DNA of 64,000 nucleotides from an uncultured Lawsonia sp. (GTDB lineage Bacteria; Desulfobacterota; Desulfovibrionia; Desulfovibrionales; Desulfovibrionaceae): NCBI GenBank assembly GCA_964538355.1, contig CAZIFC010000007.1, positions 5,924 to 69,923 of the forward strand, read 5' to 3'. Shown piece by piece: positions 49,744 to 60,295 of this stretch (position 1 is its first letter; each line of letters starts with the position of its first letter). The notes under the pieces were generated by a model. It saw only the letters and a program-made list of their open reading frames with translations, ran no database searches and was not told where the DNA came from. The position numbers and the translations under genes were made by a program.

Positions 49744-50954
49744 TTTCCTCTGGCGGTATCCGCTTCATCTCGTAGAATGTGTGCTCGACGTTTTGTTTCT
49801 TCCGTGTGTGGGATGTTTTTTTCTAGCAAGCCCTCGAGAGGAAAGCTGGTAAGCACACTGGCTATTTGGGCCGATGTTCCAGGAATATCCAATGGATTTT
49901 TTGTTGTACGCGCTTTTTCAGCTGTCTCAGGCTGCCGTAGACAAGCAACTGCCGAGGCAATATCCTCCTTTCGCTCTGAACAGTGTAATACTGCAACCGA
50001 ACGTTCGCGCCCTTTTTGCCTGTTACCAATATCTAGTACGGGGATACCAAGACTAGGAATTTCCGCTACTCCACTAGAAGAATTACCTATAACGGCATCT
50101 GCATAGCGGCCTGCATTGATATATAATTCAGCGCCAAGAGACATGAAAAAACGCATTTTGGAATCCCGTAAGGCTTCTTTTCGTAAGAACATGTTAATTT
50201 CTTCCGCTCCTGCATCGGCATTGGAACCGGTAAAAACATAATACCAGTCTTCCTGTGCGCGCAGAACTTCCAAAAGGTTATCCACATGTGTTTTTGAAGA
50301 TTGACTCTCTAGGGTCACAGGATGATATGTAACCACTACATAGGGAACGTTTTCTGGCAGCTGTAGACGCTTCCTGACATCCCTTTCATCCAATACAGGC
50401 AGAGTATAGGTATTTTCCACGCCTGAGGAACCAACGAGCCAAATATGGTCTGGGTTTTCTCCCATCTGTACAACTCGTTGACGGTTAACTTCGCACGAGA
50501 CGAAATGAAGATGAGACATTTTGGTAATGGCATGGCGAAAATTTTCATCAATAGCACCCAGTGACGTGCCTCCTCCGTAAAGGTGAGCTACGGGTATACG
50601 CATAACAGTAGCGACTGAAGCGGCACAAAATGCTTCGTAGCGGTCACCCAGTACAACGAGTAGATCAGGTTGCAGGTCGCGCAGTGCCTTACCATAGCCT
50701 TCCATGGCTCTTCCCATACTGGCGCATATTCCAACAGGAGAATTATCTACCAGTTTCATATCTACCTTATAGATCGAGGCATATCCGTCTTGGTCAATCT
50801 CCGCTAGGGTATTACCATAGGCATTGGACAAATGTGCTCCACTGACAAGAATGCTGAGCGCAACAGACTGGTTGCGAGCAATTGCGTCAATAACTCCGCG
50901 AAGAAGTCCATAATCGGCTCTAGTGCCTGTAAAAACCGTTATCTTTCTGCTCAT
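49623..50954 (-). CDS. neuC: hydrolysing NDP-sugar 2-epimerase (NeuC/LegG type)
   Basis: TGTRADYG, LGDRYE, IDENFRHAITKMSHLHF, GNSSSG, GNRQKGR; the C-terminus runs on into the IS relic. Confidence 0.92.
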   Translation of the reverse strand: MSRKITVFTGTRADYGLLRGVIDAIARNQSVALSILVSGAHLSNAYGNTLAEIDQDGYASIYKVDMKLVDNSPVGICASMGRAMEGYGKALRDLQPDLLVVLGDRYEAFCAASVATVMRIPVAHLYGGGTSLGAIDENFRHAITKMSHLHFVSCEVNRQRVVQMGENPDHIWLVGSSGVENTYTLPVLDERDVRKRLQLPENVPYVVVTYHPVTLESQSSKTHVDNLLEVLRAQEDWYYVFTGSNADAGAEEINMFLRKEALRDSKMRFFMSLGAELYINAGRYADAVIGNSSSGVAEIPSLGIPVLDIGNRQKGRERSVAVLHCSERKEDIASAVACLRQPETAEKARTTKNPLDIPGTSAQIASVLTSFPLEGLLEKNIPHTEETKRRAHILRDEADTARGNKMISTLRKLCKKSSVLEDGYVSNSSEQEAVVENSAASLG

Positions 50955-51979
50955 AACAACTCGTCCTCTTTGTAGTCACGTTCCGCAGTGCGACCAAGGT
51001 ATTCATCCCAGTGGATGGCGGAGATGCCAGAGCCGGGACGCTTAGTCGTGAGGTTTTCGGTGGTGAACACTTCGCCCTTTTCAATATCCTTGGCGGCCAC
51101 GAGGCTCTTTCGCGCTGCAACGGCATTTGCTATTTCTTCGGGAGCGGGTTTTTTTATGCCATTGCCAAGGGCTCTTTCCACGTTTCGCACACAGCGGACA
51201 AGGCTGTACAGTTCGTCGGGGCTCAAGCTGGCCTTATGATCTGGGCCCTCCATATTCTTGTCCAGCGTAAAATGTTTTTCAATAATGCTGGCTCCCATGG
51301 CTGCGGCAGCCACGGAAATCTCTATACCAGGCGTGTGGTCGGAATAACCTATGCCCGCAATGCCGGGGAACGCGGCCTTCATGGCGGTCATGGCATTGAG
51401 ATTCACATCATCAAGATAGGCCGGGTATTCCGTTGTGCAATGAAGCAAGGTCACTAGGCTACGGGGAGTTCCAGACTTTTCGAGAATACCTAGGGCCGTA
51501 TCTACTTCCCCCAGTGTAGCCATCCCCGTGGACATTATGATCGGTTCCCCATAGGAGGCGACCTTACGCAGATAGGGAACATTGGTGATTTCCCCAGAAG
51601 GTATTTTCCATAAATGGAGATCCATAGAATGAAGTAGAGCCACAGAATGGATATCGAATGCGGTGCACCAGAACATGATCCCCCGTTTTTCACAGTACGC
51701 TTTTAAAGCGGGAAGATGCTCTTGGGGCATACGGATTTTGTTGATCATCTTCAGCTGGTTCTCTTCGCTACCCGTGTTTTCCTTTTGATAGTTTGCCTTT
51801 TGGGCGAATTTAGAGATATGTGCTTTGGGGATAGACGTCTGGAACTTCACAATATCAGCACCGGCGTTTGCAGCGAGATCAATGAGTTTATACGCAAGGT
51901 TGACGTCGCCGTTGTGATTAACTCCAGCTTCTGCGATGATAGTAATAGCTTTCTTTACATCCACAACAGAATTCTCCAT
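50951..51979 (-). CDS. neuB: nonulosonic acid synthase (NeuB/LegI type)
   Basis: IIAEAGVNHNG, KIPSGE, LLHCTTEYP, GYSDHT, GPDHKASL and a C-terminal antifreeze-like domain. Confidence 0.95.
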   Translation of the reverse strand: MENSVVDVKKAITIIAEAGVNHNGDVNLAYKLIDLAANAGADIVKFQTSIPKAHISKFAQKANYQKENTGSEENQLKMINKIRMPQEHLPALKAYCEKRGIMFWCTAFDIHSVALLHSMDLHLWKIPSGEITNVPYLRKVASYGEPIIMSTGMATLGEVDTALGILEKSGTPRSLVTLLHCTTEYPAYLDDVNLNAMTAMKAAFPGIAGIGYSDHTPGIEISVAAAAMGASIIEKHFTLDKNMEGPDHKASLSPDELYSLVRCVRNVERALGNGIKKPAPEEIANAVAARKSLVAAKDIEKGEVFTTENLTTKRPGSGISAIHWDEYLGRTAERDYKEDELL

Positions 51980-51981
51980 TT

Positions 51982-53133
51982 TTATTGATTGAATCCGCTA
52001 GGGATATTAACAAGTCTGTTCGCGATGTCATTCGCCGTAGAAAGATCGCCGCATATACAGTTCTCGTACATGGGCAACGTATTGAGTGGAGTCCACACAG
52101 GGCGGGTCATGAAATCGGAATTGTAAGTTTCCGTAAGAAAGGTGTCGCGCTCTGTCCTATTATTGAATAAAATGGCGCAAAGCCAGTAGTTGGAACGCGA
52201 GTTTTTTGGTTCCCTAATGAATGTCCAAGGAGTACTGTGGATCAGCTCAGCGTAACGCTCAGCCCTCCAACGCTTCCGTTCTAGGATAGTCTCCAGCATT
52301 TCCATTTGGGCGCATCCCAATGCAGCGTTAATATTGGGCATACGGAAATTCCAAGCCACATGGTCATGCCTATATTCCCATTTGTGCGGGAGCTTCGCTG
52401 TAGTCGTCAGATGCTTGACAAGCTTGCCAAGCTCGAGATCATCGGTGAGCACTGCACCGCCGCCACCCGTCGTAACGGTCTTGTTGCCATTGAAGGATAG
52501 ACAACCCAATCGAGCGAATCGACCGCAATGCTTCTCTTTATACCAGCTTCCTAGGGCTTCCGCCGCGTCTTCAATAAGTTCAATATGCCATTCAGCGCAG
52601 ATGTCTGCAATTTCGTCGATGGCGCAGGGGAGACCGAAGGTATGCATGGGCACACAGGCCGCAACCCGCCTGCCATTTTCTTTGAGCACACATTTACGGT
52701 CTTCCACGCGACAACTTTCTTCAAGGAAAGTCCTCAGGGCAAGGGGGGACATTCCGAGGTTAATGGGATCAATATCTATGAATATGGGCTTTGCCCCGGT
52801 ATGGGAGATAGCATTGGCTGTGGCGACGAATGATATGGATTGGGTAATGACATATTCACCGTATTCCACACCGATTATATGCAGAGCTACCTCAAGCGCA
52901 GAAGTGCCATTCACGCAGACTACGGCTCGAGCTGCTCCCGTATATTCTTCAAGCATGTGCTCCATATTATTTACATAGGCACCCACGCTGGAGACAAACG
53001 TCGAGTCCACTGCGTCTATGAGATATTTTTTTTCATTACCCATAAAAATGGGAGCATGTAGGGAGACTGGCCCTTCCCGAAAATTCTGCACTCGCCGCAT
53101 ATCGCTGATGAGCTGTTTAAACATAAGTTTCAC
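51982..53133 (-). CDS. legC: PLP-dependent sugar aminotransferase, LegC type
   Basis: VSLHAP, DSTFVSSVG, EDAAEALGS, SFNGNKTVTTGGGG, NFRMPNINAALG. Confidence 0.88.
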   Translation of the reverse strand: MKLMFKQLISDMRRVQNFREGPVSLHAPIFMGNEKKYLIDAVDSTFVSSVGAYVNNMEHMLEEYTGAARAVVCVNGTSALEVALHIIGVEYGEYVITQSISFVATANAISHTGAKPIFIDIDPINLGMSPLALRTFLEESCRVEDRKCVLKENGRRVAACVPMHTFGLPCAIDEIADICAEWHIELIEDAAEALGSWYKEKHCGRFARLGCLSFNGNKTVTTGGGGAVLTDDLELGKLVKHLTTTAKLPHKWEYRHDHVAWNFRMPNINAALGCAQMEMLETILERKRWRAERYAELIHSTPWTFIREPKNSRSNYWLCAILFNNRTERDTFLTETYNSDFMTRPVWTPLNTLPMYENCICGDLSTANDIANRLVNIPSGFNQ

Positions 53134-53139
53134 TTCGTG

Positions 53140-54135
53140 CTAGATGGTGTACTGCCCGATTTTATATTGGGCGAGGTTATCCTTGTTGCAGAACCAATTG
53201 ATGGTTTCCTTCAATCCGCGTTTAAAGCCTTCTTGGCCGCCGTATGCAGGATTCCACCCAGTAAGTTCCTTCAGCCTAGAGTTGTCGGCCCACAAACGTT
53301 CGACCTCACTCTTGCTGGGGCGCAGGCGTTCATTTTCACAGGTGATGGAGACTTCCACTCCCATGGTTTTTGCGATGAGACAAACTAAATCACCGATGGA
53401 GATTTCAAAACCGGAACCGCCATTCAGTACCTTGCCAATGCTCTTTTCCGAGTTCATCACCGCTTCAAAGGCACTCGCGGTATCTATGACAAAGCTGAAG
53501 TCGCGCGTGGGGCGTAGGCTACCCAGGCGGATTTCTCTCATTCCTGAGGCGATCTGTGTGATAATGGTGGGAATGACGGCGCGCGTCGATTGCCGAGGGC
53601 CGTAGGTATTGAATGGCCGCAAGACTGACACCGGCATTTCGAAGGCTCGGTAAAACGAAAGAGCCAGTTGGTCTGCTCCAATCTTGGTAGCGGAATATGG
53701 TGATTGCCCCTGGAGGGGATGTTCCTCGGTAATTGGCACAAACTGAGCGGAACCGTAGACTTCGCTGGTGGAGGTATGCACGACCTTGACGCCAAGATCC
53801 CTCGCTGCCTGCAGGATGTTCAATGTTCCTTTAATGTTGGTATCTACATAGCTGTCGGGGGAATGGTACGAATAAGGGATAGCGATGAGTGCGGCAAGAT
53901 GCAGCACTGTGTCGCAGCCCTTCATGGCAGTACGCACCCCATTGGGGTCGCGCACATCACCTGCGAATATGCTGAGTTCCTTTTTGATTTCAGTGGGGGA
54001 ATGGTCAAGCCAGCCCCAGGAATCAAAAGAATTATAAAGAACAAAGGCTCGTATTGAATATCCTTTGCGAACGAGATATTCAGTAAGGTGGGAGCCTATG
54101 AAGCCGTCCGCTCCTGTAACAAGAATTTTTTTCAT
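53140..54135 (-). CDS. legB: NAD-dependent NDP-GlcNAc 4,6-dehydratase, LegB type
   Basis: ILVTGADGFIGSHL, YNSFDSWGWLD, IAIPYSY, YSATK, FNTYGPRQS. Confidence 0.9.
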   Translation of the reverse strand: MKKILVTGADGFIGSHLTEYLVRKGYSIRAFVLYNSFDSWGWLDHSPTEIKKELSIFAGDVRDPNGVRTAMKGCDTVLHLAALIAIPYSYHSPDSYVDTNIKGTLNILQAARDLGVKVVHTSTSEVYGSAQFVPITEEHPLQGQSPYSATKIGADQLALSFYRAFEMPVSVLRPFNTYGPRQSTRAVIPTIITQIASGMREIRLGSLRPTRDFSFVIDTASAFEAVMNSEKSIGKVLNGGSGFEISIGDLVCLIAKTMGVEVSITCENERLRPSKSEVERLWADNSRLKELTGWNPAYGGQEGFKRGLKETINWFCNKDNLAQYKIGQYTI

Positions 54136-54148
54136 ATTTTTCTCCATA

Positions 54149-57100
54149 TTAGTGAATAGGAATGCCCTCAGTAATTTGATCAACAACAAAATCGATATTC
54201 TTATCCCCTTCTATCATAAATCTTCTGATTAAATCATTACGATACCAAGGGACGGTACGGAAAGAGTTGCTACCTCGCACAAAGGCGTACGGATATGGCC
54301 TAGTCAAGTTGGCAGTTTTTACATAGTGTAGGCAGGCCGCTCCTCTTAGCCGTGTTTCCGCATCGGGTTGAGGAAAAGACGGAGAGGTGAGGAGCTGGGT
54401 ATAGTCCTCTCTACTTTTGGGGAATATGGCATTGAAAGGCACCTGATCATACCCAGCATGGGACATCACTGCGCAAGGGACATCGAGAGCAGACAATTCC
54501 CACGCAGCAGTTCCCAGCCAGAGAACTGCCAAATCCATGATGCCTATGAGGGATTGCAGCGTCATTTCCTGTGGGTTGATATACAGGACATTGGGCGGAA
54601 ATTCGCGGGGCAAGACATCGCGCAATGTCTGTCTGGCACGAACCGAGGCAGTGGGGTTGCTTTCATGAGGATGAGGGCGAATCAGCACGATAATGTTGGG
54701 ATTGCTGACCGCTACCTCGATGGAATGGCGCAACCAGTCGCAGATATCCTCGTGGGCGGGACCACCTAGCTTATGTTCGGCTTGGTCAAAAAGTAGTCTG
54801 CCAATGCAGCAGATGATGCGCTTGCTCTTGGCCTTTTGTTCCCGTAGGTAGTCTAATGTTTCGTTATGTGTCACGATCACATCCGCCAGTAAATTCTGGC
54901 GTATCTGTTCCAGTGCGGCAAGGAATTTTGGAGAATTCCGTTCTTTGGTATACCATGGTTCAAAGCGGCTTCTCGTAGGGAGGAAAGAAAGACGGCAGTC
55001 GGGCCAGAGCGTCATATCGAGTCCTGAAACCCGTGTGCTTATGTCCGAACGGGAGTGAACAAGATCGTAATTGGCCACATTTTTATAATAGATAAAATGA
55101 ACAAGATTACATCCCTTTTCTGCAAGATATCTGCGTAGAGCTGACTCTGGCAGGTTATAGGCGAACTGACTCATTACTGCGATTTTTGGTGGCCTGTGCA
55201 TATCTTCTAACTGTCGACACAGGGCATGTATCCATGCAACTACACTGTCAGTCCTCTTCAGCAACCGTCTGAACTGCCGCTGTATGTCGGGACTCTCCCA
55301 ATCGAATTCGTATCGCCGGACAAGAATGGTGATGGCCTCAAAAAAACAGCCATAGAAATTGACGCCCACAGCCTCGATGCGCTTGCTGTCGTAATCCAGC
55401 GTCCATTCAAGTTGAAGTGTCCCCGATGTGTGCGGAAGGGCATAGGCAAACTTTGCTAGGGGGTGGAAGAGCGGAACATTCAAAGGAATATGGTTATTGA
55501 ACATAGGCCACACAGCGTAACCACGTTTACGCAGGGTGTATAGCACTACGGGGAGGATGGCTGAAAAGAAAGTGCCATAGTTTCCGAAAAAAATAATACC
55601 TTTTGGATGGTTGATAGTAGGAGCGTTGTTGACAATGGCCGCACTCTCCAAGTAATGACGGTAAATACTGATATCGTTCCCTCGGGCAAGTTTTGAGACG
55701 AATGGAACGGTACTATCGTTCCTCTGAAGATGTGCCTGAAGGTTCCCCTTTAGCATATTTACGCGCCATTTCTTGGCGCGTTGTCCTCGTAGGTTGTCTT
55801 TTTGCGCAGCAAGCTTTTGTTTATCCCATATTGGGCAGGCGATATTTCTGGGTAGAAGTGAAGCCTCTAGAATATACGCGAGTTCTTGCTCAAGGTTTTC
55901 TCGTAGCATATTCACGACCAGAAGCACCATATCGTACTCATCTTTGCCCATGCCTTCACGGCTGTTTCCATCTGCAATTTCCTGTGCAAGCTCACGCATG
56001 CGGACGCGGTTTTCCTTCAGGCTCTCGTGCATGAACATGACGAAGAGCTCGGAAAAATCCTTACACCCCTTGGCGATACGCGCTTTCCTATACAAATCGA
56101 AGAATATTAGGCGCATCTCGACATGCTTTTCAATGCATGTTTCCTTAATTTCAGAACGCCTGTTGTTGTATAGAGAAAAAAGCAGTTCGGCATACCATTC
56201 GGGCGTGCAGCTGGCCGCATCGTCATTGACTAACCTTCTAAGCTCGTCATACGCGAAGCACATAATGAGTATTCTGGTGTAATAGAGTAAAGCTCTACTG
56301 CGTGGCTTGAAGCTAACGGGAAGCCGGAGCACTGGTGGATGGGAATCATGAAACCAATTTTTGATAACTGAGTCATGATAAACTTTATAATAATATATGA
56401 TGTCCTTATCGCTCAGGACGCCAAGCCTTCCAAACCATCCTGAAGATTGATGCAGGATATAATCGAGTTGTTCATAGTTGAGCTGGTAGTAAGCCTGTAA
56501 TATGAGTGCATAGAATACGCTTATTGCTTTGTATATCGGAAAAAGCGATAGGAACTCCGAAAGCTTCGGCATCTGTATGGAAAGAGAGAGCATGTCGGCC
56601 ATGATATGCCCGAATATGGATGTTCTCAGGTGTTCATCGATGATAGGATCTATGTCTGGCTCGTTATGGAAGCTGACGCGCATGTCAAGGACGCCAAAAC
56701 GGCTATCAGGCTGGAATATTTCTTGGATGGCTTCGTAAAAACGACCGAGGTCGGGACGCTGGCGCGTATACCAGAAGGCCAGCGCGGACTGTGGAGTAAT
56801 GCGCTCAAAGGAATACGGTGCCATGTACGAAGTGCTTAAAAACGATGCGAGTACAAACTGTTTTCTAGTTAAAGACCTCGGTCGTTCATGGATGAAAGTA
56901 TCTTCTGTGAGTCCCCAGCCCGTGTACCATGCCGGAGTGTACGCTACGGTATGCTTTCCCCGGAGGATGGCTTCTACCCCCTGAGAGACACCGTGCACAT
57001 GTACGGAGCGGGCACCTTCCAGATAGTCGTCAATGTCGGCGAGATGTTTCAACAGGACGCAACGCCGCTTGATTGATGTCGGGAGGTCAGGCTGGGCAAT

Positions 57101-58627
57101 CACGGTATAGCCGCTCAATGCTAGGGCAAGGATTTTACCCTCCTGTTCCTTTTTAGCGACCGATAGGATAAACTGATTAAAGGAAAGGCCGTCCAGATGA
57201 TTTTGCCAGATGGCGAGGATCGTAGTCTTGCCGTAATCTTTAATCTTTCTGCCAGAAGCCTCCAACGTCGCCCCGTACAGAATAGCCTGAAACTTTTGTA
57301 GTTCTTGAAGAAAATATTCTACTTTTTCAAGCTCCTGAGAAGAATTCAACTTGTCGCCGTGTCTCTGCACGAACGAGAGCATCTGCATATCCCGGACTGC
57401 ATCAACATTCCTGCGCCCTCTAACTTGGGTCAACCACAACGGGGAGGGATAACTCTTCCTCCAACCGTAGCTGCTGAGCACGGATTCACAGAAATGAAGA
57501 ACGGGAAGGGAGTTGCGGGCTGCGGTCTCGCGTACCTGTTTTGGTACGTTGTCCCCCACCCAGACAACGGTACAATCGCGCAACAGATTGATGGCGGTGT
57601 GAAACGTGCTGGTCTTGAGAGAAAACACATGATAAGTCCTCAATTTATCCGCAAGCATGCTTGTGTTTTTCATATTGAGTAGCACAGCTCTGGGCGCATT
57701 GGGGAACGGGGGATTCGGGGTTATTGGGGTAAGCAGAAGTTGTCTTATCAGCTCCTTGGAAAGGGGACTTAGCATCACCCCCGCTTCCTCCAAGCAAGAA
57801 AGCAGGTTTTTCGGCACGGTATCCAGCTCGGGTGCCAGACAGCACGCTACCTTGACGTGGAGTAGTATATGGCGCAGGCACGCCTCGTTCATGTCCTCAG
57901 ACGGCAGCATAACGATGTTGTCGAGCTTGGCTACGTCCGCTACGTCACACATGAATTTGCGGGAGTGGTGCAGTATCAGGATAAATTTTTCTGCATCACC
58001 ATGCCCTGTGTCCGTGAAAAATAGGGCAGGAAAAAATTTTGCCGTCCGGGCAACATCTATCTTGCCTATGATGCTACTGAAGGAAGAGGCATTGCCTATC
58101 GCAAGGATGGGAATATTTTTTGTGCGAAAGAATTCCCTTGTCGTAGGCGGAATTTGCTTTGTCCTTCCAGAAGGTAAGAGAATAAGCCGTGGCTTAACTA
58201 TACAAAGAAAAACACACTGAACAAAGGATGGGGTATTAGTATAGGCAGCCGCGCAGAGTTCCCCTATTTTTGAAGAAAGAATTTTTTTTCGCTCATCCAT
58301 ACTAAGGCCAAAAATAACGATGCGGGGTAGTGTTCCTTTTGCCATGGCCCTAGGCTGCATATGCATGGCAAGGATGAAATAGCGATGCAGAAATGAACAA
58401 CGTGCAAAAAAAATTGCTAGTTTGAAAAGCACCGTCAGTTTGACCTTCTTCCAGAGTGCCCTCCCGGAGAGGCGTCGCCCGAACAGGGGGGATTTCTTCC
58501 GAATTTGTAGGGAATAAGCACCATTCACAATCGCTTTTTTTATGGAACACAAAATTTTTATAAACATACCCGTAAATAACTCTCGTTTTCCGACGGCCTT
58601 TTTGCGATAGAGTGACCTTAGAGTCAT
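54149..58627 (-). CDS. 1492-aa multi-domain capsule glycosyltransferase-like protein
   Basis: Internal KpsC-like segment (SQGVEAILRGK, AWYTGWGLTED, RSLT) and a C-terminal GT-B-like region with IRPHP; tightly coupled to its neighbours. Confidence 0.7.
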   Translation of the reverse strand: MTLRSLYRKKAVGKRELFTGMFIKILCSIKKAIVNGAYSLQIRKKSPLFGRRLSGRALWKKVKLTVLFKLAIFFARCSFLHRYFILAMHMQPRAMAKGTLPRIVIFGLSMDERKKILSSKIGELCAAAYTNTPSFVQCVFLCIVKPRLILLPSGRTKQIPPTTREFFRTKNIPILAIGNASSFSSIIGKIDVARTAKFFPALFFTDTGHGDAEKFILILHHSRKFMCDVADVAKLDNIVMLPSEDMNEACLRHILLHVKVACCLAPELDTVPKNLLSCLEEAGVMLSPLSKELIRQLLLTPITPNPPFPNAPRAVLLNMKNTSMLADKLRTYHVFSLKTSTFHTAINLLRDCTVVWVGDNVPKQVRETAARNSLPVLHFCESVLSSYGWRKSYPSPLWLTQVRGRRNVDAVRDMQMLSFVQRHGDKLNSSQELEKVEYFLQELQKFQAILYGATLEASGRKIKDYGKTTILAIWQNHLDGLSFNQFILSVAKKEQEGKILALALSGYTVIAQPDLPTSIKRRCVLLKHLADIDDYLEGARSVHVHGVSQGVEAILRGKHTVAYTPAWYTGWGLTEDTFIHERPRSLTRKQFVLASFLSTSYMAPYSFERITPQSALAFWYTRQRPDLGRFYEAIQEIFQPDSRFGVLDMRVSFHNEPDIDPIIDEHLRTSIFGHIMADMLSLSIQMPKLSEFLSLFPIYKAISVFYALILQAYYQLNYEQLDYILHQSSGWFGRLGVLSDKDIIYYYKVYHDSVIKNWFHDSHPPVLRLPVSFKPRSRALLYYTRILIMCFAYDELRRLVNDDAASCTPEWYAELLFSLYNNRRSEIKETCIEKHVEMRLIFFDLYRKARIAKGCKDFSELFVMFMHESLKENRVRMRELAQEIADGNSREGMGKDEYDMVLLVVNMLRENLEQELAYILEASLLPRNIACPIWDKQKLAAQKDNLRGQRAKKWRVNMLKGNLQAHLQRNDSTVPFVSKLARGNDISIYRHYLESAAIVNNAPTINHPKGIIFFGNYGTFFSAILPVVLYTLRKRGYAVWPMFNNHIPLNVPLFHPLAKFAYALPHTSGTLQLEWTLDYDSKRIEAVGVNFYGCFFEAITILVRRYEFDWESPDIQRQFRRLLKRTDSVVAWIHALCRQLEDMHRPPKIAVMSQFAYNLPESALRRYLAEKGCNLVHFIYYKNVANYDLVHSRSDISTRVSGLDMTLWPDCRLSFLPTRSRFEPWYTKERNSPKFLAALEQIRQNLLADVIVTHNETLDYLREQKAKSKRIICCIGRLLFDQAEHKLGGPAHEDICDWLRHSIEVAVSNPNIIVLIRPHPHESNPTASVRARQTLRDVLPREFPPNVLYINPQEMTLQSLIGIMDLAVLWLGTAAWELSALDVPCAVMSHAGYDQVPFNAIFPKSREDYTQLLTSPSFPQPDAETRLRGAACLHYVKTANLTRPYPYAFVRGSNSFRTVPWYRNDLIRRFMIEGDKNIDFVVDQITEGIPIH

Positions 58628-58630
58628 CGT

Positions 58631-60022
58631 TTATCGCAGCTGGCTGTAGGCTATTTTTCCTGAAGAATTTTTAGGAATGTCGGGAATAACCACGACTGCC
58701 ACCGCCGTAGGTGCAAGGTGAAGGGTTTTGCATATCCATATCTTCACCATTGGCGAGTCCTCATTGACAAGGTACACCTTGAGCATGTTATCATCACCAG
58801 TACAGGCACATTCCAAATTGAACTCACTGCGTATGAGTTGCTCGCACTGATCAAGGCTGATACGTAGTCCGTAAATCTTGACGAAACGTTTTAGCCTGCC
58901 AGTGATATAATAAAAGCCATCAACATCTCGGTGTGCTAGGTCGCCAGTCCTATATTCTCCTCGGAATTCGTCGCCAAGCAGTAAATCTTCCTTGCACTCG
59001 GCGTAGCCCATGGTGACGTTGGGCCCGCGATAGCAAAGCTCACCGTCGCCTTCTTGATTCGACAGAATATTGCCGTTTTCATCCAGCAGCGTTAGCTCTC
59101 CTTCAGGAATTGCTTTACCTATACTATTAATCTTTTTGTGAGCATACTGCGGTTCAAGGCGAGCCATGCGGGCTGAAGTTTCGGTGGTGCCAAAGGAAGG
59201 AATGAATCGCTTGCCCTGCTCTTGCGCATAGTCGGCCAGGTTTAGAAACATTTTATCAGTCAGCTTGCCACCGCCGGAGGCCAGCGTGGTCAAGTGTGGC
59301 AGTTTCATACGCTGGAAGCGCAGCTTAAAGAAGATTTCATAACTGAAGGGGACACCCGTAAAATTGGTTCCTCGTTCTCGCTTAATAAAATCCCAGAACA
59401 AAGGTGAGGCAAGGCTGGCTGAAGTCAGAAGGACAGTGCAGCCCATATAGAGGTGGGAGTTAATTACGTTCAGGCCCATGGTATAATTCATAGGCAAGGA
59501 ACAGATGGGACGTTCCTCGGATGTCCAGCCGAAGGCCACGGCCACATTGCGCGCGTTGGCCTCGATGTTGCCGTATTTGTGTCTAACGAGCTTGGGGCAA
59601 CCAGTCGAACCGGACGTGGTGAGCAACATGGAGAGCTGATCATTCACGGGATAGACTTCGTGTCCAGTTTTCAGAAGCGTGTAGGTATCGGTCTCGTAGA
59701 CCACCTTATAGGGAAATTCCGCAGCAATACGACGCGGTACCCAGAGCATGGCGGGCGTGTATGTCTCCATCAGGGAGCAAAGCAGGCCACGATCAAGTGA
59801 TTCATCCAAAAGCAGAGGAATACGGTCGTTATCATAGCACCCAATCAAGCCTATTAAACTTCCTATTGTATTTTCACAGAGGCAGATGACGACGGCGCGA
59901 AGCGGAATGTACGAGGCAAGTTTTTTCCCTTCCTCCACTAGTTTCTTATATGTGATATGGCCTCCGCGGTCATCAATGGCGGCGGTTATATCGGGATTGT
60001 ACTTTCCTTTCTGAAGCAGCAT
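58631..60022 (-). CDS. AMP-binding adenylation enzyme (acyl/aminoacyl-ACP ligase)
   Basis: TTSGSTGCPK, FGTTE, YRTGDLA, GRLKRF and terminal PKNSSGKI. Confidence 0.9.
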   Translation of the reverse strand: MLLQKGKYNPDITAAIDDRGGHITYKKLVEEGKKLASYIPLRAVVICLCENTIGSLIGLIGCYDNDRIPLLLDESLDRGLLCSLMETYTPAMLWVPRRIAAEFPYKVVYETDTYTLLKTGHEVYPVNDQLSMLLTTSGSTGCPKLVRHKYGNIEANARNVAVAFGWTSEERPICSLPMNYTMGLNVINSHLYMGCTVLLTSASLASPLFWDFIKRERGTNFTGVPFSYEIFFKLRFQRMKLPHLTTLASGGGKLTDKMFLNLADYAQEQGKRFIPSFGTTETSARMARLEPQYAHKKINSIGKAIPEGELTLLDENGNILSNQEGDGELCYRGPNVTMGYAECKEDLLLGDEFRGEYRTGDLAHRDVDGFYYITGRLKRFVKIYGLRISLDQCEQLIRSEFNLECACTGDDNMLKVYLVNEDSPMVKIWICKTLHLAPTAVAVVVIPDIPKNSSGKIAYSQLR

Positions 60023-60040
60023 TTCCTCATCTCCGAATAT

Positions 60041-60277
60041 TTACAGTTCGATGTTATACTTGTGTAGTATATGCAGGCCGTCTTCATAGGAATTAAAAGC
60101 AATAATATCCTCTGTATCTAGCTCAATATCAAATGCCTCTTCCAGACCGACGACCAAATTGAGTTTCCCGACGGAGTCCCAAGCGGGCAAGGTCGCAGCG
60201 GAAGCGTTTTCCACTTCATCCTCACCTATTATGAATACTTCCATTAATACAGATAGATACTTTTCTTTTGCAGTCAT
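60041..60277 (-). CDS. acyl carrier protein
   Basis: 78 aa, acidic, WDSVGKL with the phosphopantetheine Ser, LEEAFDIEL. Confidence 0.88.
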   Translation of the reverse strand: MTAKEKYLSVLMEVFIIGEDEVENASAATLPAWDSVGKLNLVVGLEEAFDIELDTEDIIAFNSYEDGLHILHKYNIEL

Positions 60278-60295
60278 AAAAGTCCTCTCTTACTG

